Positions 55,586-64,000 of a stretch of 64,000 nucleotides of DNA are shown here, piece by piece. The DNA lies in NCBI GenBank assembly GCA_037444445.1, contig JBBIMK010000007.1, positions 4,592 to 68,591 of the forward strand. The letters are read 5' to 3'. Within the stretch, counting starts at the first letter, position 1. Every line of letters starts with the position of its first letter. This DNA is from a bacterium. GTDB lineage: Bacteria; UBP7; UBA6624; JBBIMK01. Made by a program: the position numbers and the translations under genes. A model generated the notes under the pieces. The model had not been told where the DNA came from and made no database searches. It was given only the letters and a program-made list of their open reading frames with translations.

Positions 55586-56806
55586 TCAATCCTCTTCCCA
55601 TTGGAGTTGAAACAGGTGGCCTAATTTTTCTTTTTTTGCCTTCAGATACTTCACATTTTCCTTATTGGGTAAGATTTCCAGAGGGACTCGCTCCACAATC
55701 TCCAGGCCGAAGCCTTTCAAGCCGATAATTTTTTTCGGGTTGTTCGTCATCAGGCGCATTTTCCGCACATTCAGGTCGAGGAGAATTTGGGCGCCGACGC
55801 CGTATTTTCGCAAGTCCGGAGGAAAGCCAAGGGCCTGGTTCGCCTCCACAGTGTCCAGCCCCCTCTCCTGGAGAGCGTAGGCTTTAATTTTATTATGCAA
55901 GCCAATGCCACGACCCTCCTGGCGCATATACACGAAAACTCCTTTCCCCGTTTGACCTATCTGGGAGAGAGCAATCTCTAATTGCTCCCCGCAATCACAT
56001 CGCAGGGAATGAAACACATCTCCGGTCAAGCATTCCGATTGGACGCGGACCAGCACCGGGTCTTCCGGATGAATCTCGCCCATAACCAGCGCAACATGAT
56101 GCTGGTGATTGAACTTTTCGCGATAAGCATAAATGGTGAATACGCCAAAAGGAGTGGGAAGGTGAGCCTGAGAAACCTTTTCAATCAACCTCTCGCGCTG
56201 GAGGCGGAATTCAATCAAATCTGCGATGGAAATGATTCGCAGGTGATGCTTCTGAGCAAATATCTCCAGGTCTGGGAAGCGTGCCATGGTTCCATCTTCT
56301 TTCATAATCTCGCAGATAACGCCCGCGGGATACAGCCCGGCCAGTTTAGCCAGGTCTACACTGGCTTCCGTATGGCCTGCTCGTTCTAAAACCCCACCCC
56401 TGCGGGCCTTGAGAGGGAAGATATGGCCGGGGCGCTGAAGGTCCCCCGCCTTCGTCTCCGGGTTCACTAAAACCCAAATCGTTCGCGCCCGGTCGTAGGC
56501 AGAAATGCCAGTCGTAATCCCCTGGCGTGCATCCACCGAAACGGTGAAGGCTGTGCCATTGCGGTCTTCCATCTGCATATCATTAGACATCAGGGGCAGA
56601 CCCAGTTCCTCCACTCTCTCCGGAGTCAGTGCGGCGCAAATCAGCCCCCGCGCTTCACGGGCCATAAAGTTAATGGCCTCAGGTGTAATCTTCTGGGCCG
56701 CCATCACCAGGTCGCCTTCATTCTCACGCCCCTCATCATCCACCACAATCACAAACCGCCCTTGCTGGATGTCCTCAATGGCATCCTTAATTCGGCTTAA
56801 TGGCAT
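55586..56806 (-). CDS. ribBA: bifunctional 3,4-dihydroxy-2-butanone-4-phosphate synthase / GTP cyclohydrolase II
   Basis: N-terminal DHBP synthase (RENEGDLV) and C-terminal GTP cyclohydrolase II with a Cys triad (CLTGDVFHSLRCDCG). Confidence 0.92.
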   Translation of the reverse strand: MPLSRIKDAIEDIQQGRFVIVVDDEGRENEGDLVMAAQKITPEAINFMAREARGLICAALTPERVEELGLPLMSNDMQMEDRNGTAFTVSVDARQGITTGISAYDRARTIWVLVNPETKAGDLQRPGHIFPLKARRGGVLERAGHTEASVDLAKLAGLYPAGVICEIMKEDGTMARFPDLEIFAQKHHLRIISIADLIEFRLQRERLIEKVSQAHLPTPFGVFTIYAYREKFNHQHHVALVMGEIHPEDPVLVRVQSECLTGDVFHSLRCDCGEQLEIALSQIGQTGKGVFVYMRQEGRGIGLHNKIKAYALQERGLDTVEANQALGFPPDLRKYGVGAQILLDLNVRKMRLMTNNPKKIIGLKGFGLEIVERVPLEILPNKENVKYLKAKKEKLGHLFQLQWEED

Positions 56807-56909
56807 TTTCCATTCCCTGCCATCTATTCATTATACCAGATGCAGGTGAAATTTCCACCCTGAACTGCCTTTTCCAAATCTCAAAAGTATATTATGATAT
56901 ATAGTAGAA

Positions 56910-56939
56910 TTGAATTCGCAGGATGCGAGACGATAAAAT
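56910..56939 (+). promoter_or_regulatory. candidate sigma70-type promoter (TTGAAT-N18-TAAAAT) for FNR-type flavoprotein gene
   Basis: -35 TTGAAT at 56910..56915 and -10 TAAAAT at 56934..56939. A G-rich RBS precedes the ATG at 56964. Confidence 0.3.
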
Positions 56940-56963
56940 TTTACCCGGGGGTGGGGGTGGCGG

Positions 56964-57962
56964 ATGAATAAGTCTTCTGACCTTTATGACATCACCATCG
57001 TTGGAGGGGGACCTACAGGTCTTTTCGCAGCATTTTATGCGGGTATGCGGGAACTCAAGACCAAAATCATTGAGGCCCTGCCAGAACTCGGTGGGCAACT
57101 CTCAGTCCTTTACCCCGAGAAGTACATCTACGATGTGCCAGGCTTTCCAAAAATTCTGTCAAAAGAATTGGTCAAAAACCTGATAGAGCAAGCTATGACC
57201 GCAAACCCTACCCTGTGCCTGGAAGAGAGGGCGCTGACTCTCCGGCGGCGAGAGGATGGCATCCTTGAACTGGAAACGACCAAAGGGCTTCATATCTCCA
57301 GAACCGTTCTCATCGCCGCTGGCGTGGGTGCCTTCTCGCCAAATAAACTCTCTATCCCCGATGCAGAAAAGTTTGAAGGGAGGGGAGTGTTCTACTTCGT
57401 CCGAGAAAAAGCCCTCCTGAAAGGTAAAAAAATCCTTATCGTGGGAGGGGGCGACTCCGCCGTAGATTGGGCTCTCAACCTCAAGGACGAGGCTGAAAAA
57501 GTCACCCTCGTTCACCGCAGGGATGTTTTCCGTGCTCACGAGTCCTCTGTGAAACAACTCTTCCATGCCGGTATTGACATATTCCTCTTCTGGGAAGTGA
57601 AAGAACTTCATGGAAATGAACGCCTCGAGGAAGCACTCATCTTCAACAATAAAACCAGGGAGACGAAAGTGTTACCCGTGGATGTGGTCCTGATAAATAT
57701 CGGATTTAAGGCTGACCCCGGTCCCATCCGGAACTGGCCTGTGGAGTTTGAGGGGCGTCACATTAAAATCAACGGAAGAATGGAAACCAGTCTACCTGGC
57801 GTCTATGCCGCAGGGGACATCGCCCATGACCCTGCCTCCGTGTATTTTGACCTTATCGTAATCGGCTACGCCCAGGCGGCAGTCGCAGTGAATTGCGCTG
57901 CCAATTACATCAACCCGAAAGCCACCCTTTTCCCGGGTCACTCCTCGGAGCGCTCCTCATAA
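56964..57962 (+). CDS. ferredoxin--NADP+ reductase, thioredoxin-reductase-like type (YumC-like flavoprotein)
   Basis: FAD motif YDITIVGGGPTGLFAAFYAG. NAD(P)H motif ILIVGGGDSAVDWA. C-terminal GDIA. 332 aa. Confidence 0.8.
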   Translation: MNKSSDLYDITIVGGGPTGLFAAFYAGMRELKTKIIEALPELGGQLSVLYPEKYIYDVPGFPKILSKELVKNLIEQAMTANPTLCLEERALTLRRREDGILELETTKGLHISRTVLIAAGVGAFSPNKLSIPDAEKFEGRGVFYFVREKALLKGKKILIVGGGDSAVDWALNLKDEAEKVTLVHRRDVFRAHESSVKQLFHAGIDIFLFWEVKELHGNERLEEALIFNNKTRETKVLPVDVVLINIGFKADPGPIRNWPVEFEGRHIKINGRMETSLPGVYAAGDIAHDPASVYFDLIVIGYAQAAVAVNCAANYINPKATLFPGHSSERSS

Positions 57963-57970
57963 CTTCCGTC

Positions 57971-59395
57971 TCAGGGAACCCCCAGGGCATCCAACTGCTG
58001 GTTAGCCACCAGAAGCAGGTAGCGAGCATATTTGGCGTTGTGGACCCCAAAGGAGCCGTCGTGCTCCACATAATAATAGTTATAACGGGCACGCTTTATC
58101 TGAATGGGAATCAGGTCCTGGCCTGTGGCTCCAGAAGAGGGACCACCGTATGATGAATATTCCCAGGAAAGAGCCCCTTTTCCTTGAATATTCGCCTGCA
58201 CTCCCCAGGCATCCAGGCGGTTTTTCAAGGTGGCGAGTTTGGCTTCTATGTCGCTTTTCGTATTCAGCATTCTGGCGGCGGCGTCGCTGATGCTGTGGCA
58301 GGGAGAACATCCCTCCAGCCGAATCCTGAAGGTGTGTCCTGTAATTGCCGGGTTGTCCTCACTTTCATATTCCTTCATAGAAACATGGCAGGTGGCACAC
58401 TGCCTGGGAGTGAAGCGATGTTCGGAAAGCGCCGGGGAACCCCCGTCTTCCACACCCCCCAGCCCCAGGAGAAAGTCCAATTGAACTGAGTAGTGCGCAG
58501 CGCGAGAAGTATTCATCGCCAGGCCTGCATCTGTCGGGTCGGCGCCCCGCCGGTTGTGGCACTGCCCGCATACCTGGTCTATCCGACTATACACATTGAT
58601 GTCTGTGGAATCTCCACCCTGATAGGGGTCTTGCTCCGGGTCCCAGTATTCTTTATGCCTTAACTGGGCTTCTTCACCTTCTGCGGCATTATTCCCGGTA
58701 GCCTTGTGAGGGTCGTGGCAAACCGCACAGGTTTGAGCCGTCATCTCTTCCCTGGTCTTACCCACTAAATTCGGTGAGGCAAGGGCGTTTTCCATGACCA
58801 TCACCCGGTAATCACCCGAGTGGCAGGGACCGCAGGAAACGAGTCGTGCCGGGCCATTCACAGGGTCCGCTAAATATCCAGCCACATGCTCGGTAACTTT
58901 CGTGTGAGAGCTAACTTCCCACTCATCGTAGGTGGGATGATGAGCATCCGTGTGGCATTTCCCGCAAAGACTTGCGGCGAGAATCCCGGGATAGGTGAGA
59001 ATTTTCGTCTTATCCCCACCAGAACTCACATGTTGCTCTCCAGGCCCGTGGCAGTTCTCACATTGGACACCCCCCAGCCCCGGGGTAGATGTGGCATCTT
59101 TGAAACCGGACTCAAACCCATATCCCAGAGTGTGGCATGACAGGCATTCTGAATTCGTGCCGAATCCGATTTGCTGTAGACTCGTCAGTGCCTGAGAATG
59201 CCTGGTGGTCTGCACTTCATCGTAGATAGTTTGGTGGCAGTTTTTGCAGGTGTCCGCACCCACATACCTTCCCCCGCTGGGTAGTGGCAGTGTGGGACCT
59301 GTCGTTACTCCACCCTGATTACAGGTGACCACCGTGAAAACTGCCAGAATCACCAGCATCCACATACTTCCACTCACCCTCCATCTCATACCCAA
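57971..59395 (-). CDS. nonaheme c-type cytochrome (multiheme), secreted/membrane-anchored
   Basis: N-terminal hydrophobic signal. Nine CxxCH motifs: CKNCH, CLSCH, CENCH, CGKCH, CGPCH, CAVCH, CGQCH, CATCH and CSPCH. Last gene of the cytochrome operon. Confidence 0.85.
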   Translation of the reverse strand: MGMRWRVSGSMWMLVILAVFTVVTCNQGGVTTGPTLPLPSGGRYVGADTCKNCHQTIYDEVQTTRHSQALTSLQQIGFGTNSECLSCHTLGYGFESGFKDATSTPGLGGVQCENCHGPGEQHVSSGGDKTKILTYPGILAASLCGKCHTDAHHPTYDEWEVSSHTKVTEHVAGYLADPVNGPARLVSCGPCHSGDYRVMVMENALASPNLVGKTREEMTAQTCAVCHDPHKATGNNAAEGEEAQLRHKEYWDPEQDPYQGGDSTDINVYSRIDQVCGQCHNRRGADPTDAGLAMNTSRAAHYSVQLDFLLGLGGVEDGGSPALSEHRFTPRQCATCHVSMKEYESEDNPAITGHTFRIRLEGCSPCHSISDAAARMLNTKSDIEAKLATLKNRLDAWGVQANIQGKGALSWEYSSYGGPSSGATGQDLIPIQIKRARYNYYYVEHDGSFGVHNAKYARYLLLVANQQLDALGVP

Positions 59396-59431
59396 CTATC
59401 CCTCCTTTATCATTTTGGTTTCTTTGAAGTT

Positions 59432-60649
59432 TTATTGCCCTCCTGACCAGTCCAGCCCCTGTTTGTTGGGATTCTTGTGAATATCGTAGGTCACATCATC
59501 ATCCGTTCCAGCCATTTGCTGTTTTGTCTTGCTCATATGGCATCGCTTGCAGGAATAATCCAGGGTTAAATAACCAATCCCTGCCGTGAGGACAACCCGG
59601 TCCGGTTCATCCGTTCCACCGATATCATTCGGGTCATCTTCCAGAAAGGCACGGTCGGGGTCCATAGAAATGGCAAACAGGTGAGTTTTCACATCCCCCA
59701 CGAGAGTATTGGTATCTCCCACAGCGCTCTTCGTGGCCTGTGCCATATGGCAATCATTGCAAGTCACCCCAGCCCGAGCCATAGTGCTGGAAGAGAATGT
59801 TGTGGCTACATCCTTATGGCACTCTTCGCAGGTCACGCGAATGGATTCGCTGGATTTTCTGTGAGGGTCGTGGCAGGTGATGCATTCCATCCGGGCATTC
59901 TGGTAGTGACGAGTAGCAATATATTCGTTATATTGCTCGTGATGGGCAATGAAGGGAGCCTTCGCCAGAATCGTAGTAGGGAAGGGGCTGGAGGTTTTCC
60001 TCACACCCCGATAATGGCAGTCTCCGCAAAGGTCAGAACTCTGAAACTTCGGGAGGCTTTCACGGAAATTGACATGACGAGAGCCTCCTCCACCATGGCA
60101 TCTTTCACACTGGATGCCTTCAAACACCCATGTGCCCGAGATTCCCGGTAGCTCGCCCTGGTGGCCATCAGAAGAGAACCCCGTCGTATGGCAGGAGCCA
60201 CAATTATACTTCTTCGTCCCACAGGGATTGCTTGTATACTTCACGAAACTGCCGGTTGCAAAGTTATATTGTGCTCCATCTCCAGTGAGAATATACCCGT
60301 TCTTGTCCACATACCGCGCCTTCCAGCGATACCCTCCAATCACATAACTGATGTCGTTCCAGTTCGTAGGAGAGCAGACACTTTGTGCTGGAAAAGGAAT
60401 TTCAGGCAAGCCATAAAAGGGTGCTTCAATCGCTAAGGATGTAGTGCGTAATTTCCAGGGATGTCCGCTTCTGAGAAAACTATCGTAAATGTCCAGGTGA
60501 CATCTGCCACAGACTGGAGAGCCGACAAACTCCGCAGGACCCAGAGCCTCTTCGGATATCACCTTCTGTAAACTCTTCCCGCAGGAAGCCAGCCCTGCAA
60601 GGAAGAAAACCACTACAAGGAAATGCCTGATTCCTTCTTTCACTTTCAT
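59432..60649 (-). CDS. octaheme c-type cytochrome lipoprotein (candidate outer-surface cytochrome)
   Basis: Lipobox LASC signal peptide. Eight CxxCH motifs: CGRCH, CGSCH, CERCH, CGDCH, CITCH, CEECH, CNDCH and CKRCH. Starts 12 nt after the barrel gene. Confidence 0.85.
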   Translation of the reverse strand: MKVKEGIRHFLVVVFFLAGLASCGKSLQKVISEEALGPAEFVGSPVCGRCHLDIYDSFLRSGHPWKLRTTSLAIEAPFYGLPEIPFPAQSVCSPTNWNDISYVIGGYRWKARYVDKNGYILTGDGAQYNFATGSFVKYTSNPCGTKKYNCGSCHTTGFSSDGHQGELPGISGTWVFEGIQCERCHGGGGSRHVNFRESLPKFQSSDLCGDCHYRGVRKTSSPFPTTILAKAPFIAHHEQYNEYIATRHYQNARMECITCHDPHRKSSESIRVTCEECHKDVATTFSSSTMARAGVTCNDCHMAQATKSAVGDTNTLVGDVKTHLFAISMDPDRAFLEDDPNDIGGTDEPDRVVLTAGIGYLTLDYSCKRCHMSKTKQQMAGTDDDVTYDIHKNPNKQGLDWSGGQ

Positions 60650-60661
60650 CCTCTATCCCTC

Positions 60662-62281
60662 CTAAAAATTTTTTCTGATTTGAAATTCCAAAAACCGGGC
60701 ATCCCCAAAGGTAGCATCCAGTTTATCCTCATAAAAATTGTAGATAGCGGAAAGATTTACAGTGAAATCCGGTAAGAATTCCCGGGAAACAGAAACATCC
60801 CAGTTATCCTCCCGAATCTTATTGCTCTCAAAGAAGTTGCCCACCTTCGTCCTGCCAAAAAGATAAGAAATAGAGGCGTGGGTCTTATCATCCAACCCCC
60901 AATCTACACCCAAGAGTGTGGATTCCTGATTCTGCACAATGTCGTAAGGGGCAGGAAACTCTCCTGCCGGCCTCAATTCCTTCAAGAATCCCTCCACATC
61001 CCACTGGGAGAAGAGATAGGTAGCAGTAAGGACAAGGTTCTCCCGGACCGCACAGGAGGCAGTGAAATTGTGAAGCGTCCATTCCCGCCCCTGAACCCCA
61101 TAAGGCGAAACGAGGTCATAATTCCCGATTTCGTCCACGAAGAAATAAGTGAAGGAAAGAGAACCCGTTGGTGCATAAGAGAAGGAAATATCCCCACGGG
61201 ATTTTTTGAGTGGCAATTCTTCCGTGTTCATCAGGTGAGTGTTCAGAATTTGCAAGGCATCCCGGAGGGTTCGGCGGTAAGAGGTTTTCAGGGAAAATTT
61301 TTTGAACTTTGCCCGGTAGGTCACCCCGTATTCTCTGGTTCTTTGCTGTTGGATTTCCGTTCCTCCCAAATCCGTCGTATCCCAGAAAGCATTCGCCTGA
61401 AGAGTATGATAGGAATAGGAAGAAGAATCCATTTTCCAGGTATAATCTGCGGAAAGGTCCAGGCGTTCGCCATTTAAGGTCAACCCTGTGGGAGAATCAG
61501 ATTTATGTCGGCGGGTAGAGTAGGTGGAAAGTAACGAGAAATCTTTCCCGGGATTGAAAGAGACGCTGGAGGACCAATCTGTGATGGAAACATCACCGGG
61601 ATTGGAGACATCATCCAGACTCTCCAGACCACGGGTGAGAAGGCTGGAGGAAAAATAATAGGAACCCTTCCAGCGGGACTGAGCAGTCATAGAAAAAGAG
61701 GAAAGGTCATACCCCAGAGAGGGGTGGAAGAAATGGATTCTGGAGGCATCGGCAAGGAAGGCAAGAGAACCGAGGATGGCTTGTCCGGAAATGCCCCGAA
61801 TCCGGTTCTTCTGCCCCACCTCTTCCCGGAAGGTATTCCAACCCATTTTATCCTCCTCGGATAAATACACAGTCAGATGAGCAGGATTCAGAGGAAGTAT
61901 CGTCCAGTTCCAGGCGTGGATATTTCGCTGGGTGCTCTCGGCGAAAGAAAAATAGTGGGGATATTTCTCATAGGAACCTTTGGAAATCAAAGAATCCTTG
62001 TAATTCCAGTCCAGACCTGCGAAAACATCCTGTCCCCCCAAGCCACTCCCCGAGAAACGGAAGAAAAAGGGTGAAGGTTCACCCTGAAGGCTCAATTTGA
62101 AAAGATAAAAACTACTGGGGGGAAAATACTGATATTCATTCCAGCGAGCCATCCGATTCTGCCGCTCCCGCACCGAGCGGACCCCGGGAGCAATCTCCTC
62201 CACAAAGAGAACAGCACCCATAGAGACCAAACTCACGCTGAGAAGGAAACCGAAAACACAGAGGGAAAGTCGTCTCTTCAT
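60662..62281 (-). CDS. outer-membrane beta-barrel protein, MtrB/PioB/OmbB-like porin partner of multiheme cytochromes (inferred)
   Basis: Signal peptide. 539 aa, S/T/Y/F-rich with alternating amphipathic strands. Ends in the C-terminal ...QIRKNF typical of OMPs and has no heme motifs. It lies between the decaheme and lipoprotein cytochrome genes with 10-12 nt gaps. Confidence 0.65.
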   Translation of the reverse strand: MKRRLSLCVFGFLLSVSLVSMGAVLFVEEIAPGVRSVRERQNRMARWNEYQYFPPSSFYLFKLSLQGEPSPFFFRFSGSGLGGQDVFAGLDWNYKDSLISKGSYEKYPHYFSFAESTQRNIHAWNWTILPLNPAHLTVYLSEEDKMGWNTFREEVGQKNRIRGISGQAILGSLAFLADASRIHFFHPSLGYDLSSFSMTAQSRWKGSYYFSSSLLTRGLESLDDVSNPGDVSITDWSSSVSFNPGKDFSLLSTYSTRRHKSDSPTGLTLNGERLDLSADYTWKMDSSSYSYHTLQANAFWDTTDLGGTEIQQQRTREYGVTYRAKFKKFSLKTSYRRTLRDALQILNTHLMNTEELPLKKSRGDISFSYAPTGSLSFTYFFVDEIGNYDLVSPYGVQGREWTLHNFTASCAVRENLVLTATYLFSQWDVEGFLKELRPAGEFPAPYDIVQNQESTLLGVDWGLDDKTHASISYLFGRTKVGNFFESNKIREDNWDVSVSREFLPDFTVNLSAIYNFYEDKLDATFGDARFLEFQIRKNF

Positions 62282-62291
62282 TCTTCACCCC

Positions 62292-63167
62292 CTAATTCAG
62301 AAACCGCTTATCTCTGTTGGAACCATGAATGCTCTTGTGGCATCGGGTGCAACGCATGAGTTCTGTGCGGGAGTTTTTATGAAATAGAAAAGCATCTGCA
62401 TGGCACTGCAGGCAGAGAGCAGGTTGACGAAGCGCCAGCAAATCCTGATTGGGCGAACCATGCGAGAGATGGCAGGCGGAACAGGATTCCAGAACCGGCT
62501 TGTGCTCATAAACGAAAGGACCCATTTTTTCCTGATGACATTTCACGCAGGGTGTCGTTCGGGAAGGCTGACGCTGGAGCATCTTCAGGCTCTCGTGAGG
62601 ATTATGACAGTCGGAGCAGGATACCTTTTTCTCACGAATCGGATGCCGGGATGGCATCTGAATTTGCGCCTTTAACGATGGATGGCAGGAAAGGCAGAGC
62701 GGGGTTTCCTCCTCCTTGAGAAGCCCTTTCTTTCCACGATGGGGGTCGTGACAGGATGTGCAGGAGGTCCCCCGGCGAGAATGCTGGGTTAATTTCCAGT
62801 CCTTCCGTTCATGGCAGGAAGTGCAAGCCACAGCAATCTCATCGGGTGAAGTGGTCCGAAAATTCCTAATCTCCGTTCCATCCGCTTTCTCTATGTGAAG
62901 AGAGCCAGGACCGTGGCACGCCTCACATCCGCTTTTCCTGGAGGGTTCCTCTTTTTCAAATAAAATCCGGTGCGCCGTGGCTTTGAACCCCACTTCTTTC
63001 CCCTCGTGGCAAGTGATGCACTGGCTGAACCCCACATACTCCTTTTTAGCAGGTTCTTCCGCAAGAACAGGGAATGACCACCAGAGGAAAAAAACAGCGG
63101 TCATCCACAGGAAGGATGTCCGCTTCACGCCCCCTGTTGCGGTGTCCCTTTTTTCACTCATCTTCAT
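62292..63167 (-). CDS. periplasmic decaheme c-type cytochrome, MtrA/PioA/MtoA-like
   Basis: Signal peptide. Ten CxxCH motifs in 291 aa: CITCH, CEACH, 2x CTSCH, CLSCH, CSDCH, CVKCH, CSACH, CLQCH and CTRCH. This matches MtrA-family heme density and size. First gene of the operon. Confidence 0.85.
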   Translation of the reverse strand: MKMSEKRDTATGGVKRTSFLWMTAVFFLWWSFPVLAEEPAKKEYVGFSQCITCHEGKEVGFKATAHRILFEKEEPSRKSGCEACHGPGSLHIEKADGTEIRNFRTTSPDEIAVACTSCHERKDWKLTQHSRRGTSCTSCHDPHRGKKGLLKEEETPLCLSCHPSLKAQIQMPSRHPIREKKVSCSDCHNPHESLKMLQRQPSRTTPCVKCHQEKMGPFVYEHKPVLESCSACHLSHGSPNQDLLALRQPALCLQCHADAFLFHKNSRTELMRCTRCHKSIHGSNRDKRFLN

Positions 63168-63325
63168 CCCTCCAGCGCCCTTCCATCATCCATTCTGATA
63201 CTCTGAAAGCACTGAGACAATGACTTCTATCAGAAATTTTCCTGACTTTCTGCAAAGGGGAAATGAATATGGATGAACCCTGTATGAAAAAAGAATCACT
63301 TTACATATTGTATCGGTTTCTAAGG

Positions 63326-64000
63326 CTACTTATAGGCATAATAAAAGGTCAGCCTGTAGAAGAGGTCGTTCTTCGGGGTGGGTCCGGAAACGGGCTTATC
63401 ATACCTCACCATTTCGAGGTTTGGAATCAGATGCACATCCGGAGCGAGTGCGTAATCCAGCCCGAGAAGGTAGAAAGCAGGTTGGGCGTCCGGTGAAACG
63501 GAGAGATAGGCGATGTTGTTAGCCCCTGGCACAGGGTCGCTCACCCTATCCATACGAAAGAATGGCTTCACCTTCTCTGAAGTTTGATAATCCGCATAAA
63601 AGGAAAGCACGGAGAGTTCCAGGTCCCTGTCAGGAGGGGGTCGTTTTCGGGTCTGCACGGCATAAAGAAGCCCGCCACGAAATGCCTTCTTTTTGTAAAC
63701 CAAAAATCCCTGGAGAGTGCGCCAGTCCTGATTCTGCGGCTTATTCCACAGGTCCGCATATCCTTCCACATAGAGTTCCGGAGTGAGCCAGCGGGAAAGA
63801 GAAGTATACACGGTTTTCCCTTTATCAGTTTCTGCCTTCGTTCCGCTTCCATTGCCCAGCATAACCCAGTAAGCGGTTCTCTTTCTTCCATCCAGATAGC
63901 CCCGGATGGAAACACCGGTATCTCTGGATTCTCCCATTTTGTAAAGGTCCAATGGAGTTTTCTCCACGGGGCGATATCCTAAAATCCCCTCTACACTTTC
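63326..64000 (-). CDS. beta-barrel-like outer membrane protein, 5'-truncated at window edge
   Basis: The frame is open to the window end (…ESVEGILGYRPVEKTPLDLYKMGES…). The sequence has alternating aromatic/hydrophobic strands (LFYRLTFYYAYK C-terminus) and the visible part has no CxxCH. Confidence 0.5.
   Translation of the reverse strand, partial: ESVEGILGYRPVEKTPLDLYKMGESRDTGVSIRGYLDGRKRTAYWVMLGNGSGTKAETDKGKTVYTSLSRWLTPELYVEGYADLWNKPQNQDWRTLQGFLVYKKKAFRGGLLYAVQTRKRPPPDRDLELSVLSFYADYQTSEKVKPFFRMDRVSDPVPGANNIAYLSVSPDAQPAFYLLGLDYALAPDVHLIPNLEMVRYDKPVSGPTPKNDLFYRLTFYYAYK

Noticed and set aside
56807-56963. Possible FMN riboswitch upstream of ribBA (plus strand contains GGTGAAATTTCC, reminiscent of the RFN core)
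   Set aside because: The motif is on the wrong strand for ribBA. On the ribBA strand a TATAAT -10 lies only ~25 nt from the start codon, leaving no room for a ~130-nt aptamer. Other RFN conserved blocks are absent.
1-64000. CRISPR arrays, rRNA genes, transposases/IS elements, toxin-antitoxin or restriction-modification systems
   Set aside because: There are no regularly spaced direct repeats and no rRNA-like conserved stretches. No DDE/tyrosine recombinase or nuclease/methylase motifs were recognised in any ORF.

Overview
This is a gene-dense bacterial chromosomal window of about 50% GC with ~65 genes. Most are packed into operons with 4-nt ATGA/GTGA start-stop overlaps. There is one tRNA-Phe(GAA) gene without an encoded CCA. 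I found no rRNA, CRISPR array, transposase or integrase.

The housekeeping core includes a 5'-truncated CBS-domain CCA-adding enzyme, a site-2 protease, glmS, nadE, queA, yebC-ruvC-ruvA-ruvB, an mlaE-mlaF-mlaD (Mla/Mce-type) lipid-transport operon, lgt, a thiolase, thiD, rmuC, purS, polX, rlmN, ribBA-ribH-birA and an FNR-type flavoprotein.

The accessory and envelope content is the more interesting part:
- a complete type IV pilus assembly operon (pilM/N fusion, pilO, pilP, pilQ secretin) divergent from a Crp/Fnr regulator, plus a separate pilin gene next to an OmpR-type response regulator;
- an ECF sigma / zinc-finger anti-sigma / secreted-protein operon;
- a cytochrome c-FTR1 fusion iron permease;
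- a GAF-HD-GYP c-di-GMP phosphodiesterase;
- a class III nucleotidyl cyclase fused to a STAND-type ATPase and TPR repeats;
- a tandem pair of paralogous small Cys/His-containing proteins of unknown family;
- at the 3' end, an operon encoding a periplasmic decaheme cytochrome, an outer-membrane beta-barrel, an octaheme lipoprotein cytochrome and a nonaheme cytochrome.

I read the last cluster as a porin-cytochrome extracellular electron transfer conduit (MtrAB/PioAB/Pcc-like) and consider it the most notable system in the window. Together with the pilus genes and the cytochrome c-FTR1 fusion it points to an iron- or mineral-interacting lifestyle.

All calls rest on motif and architecture recognition by eye. 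No database searches were run.
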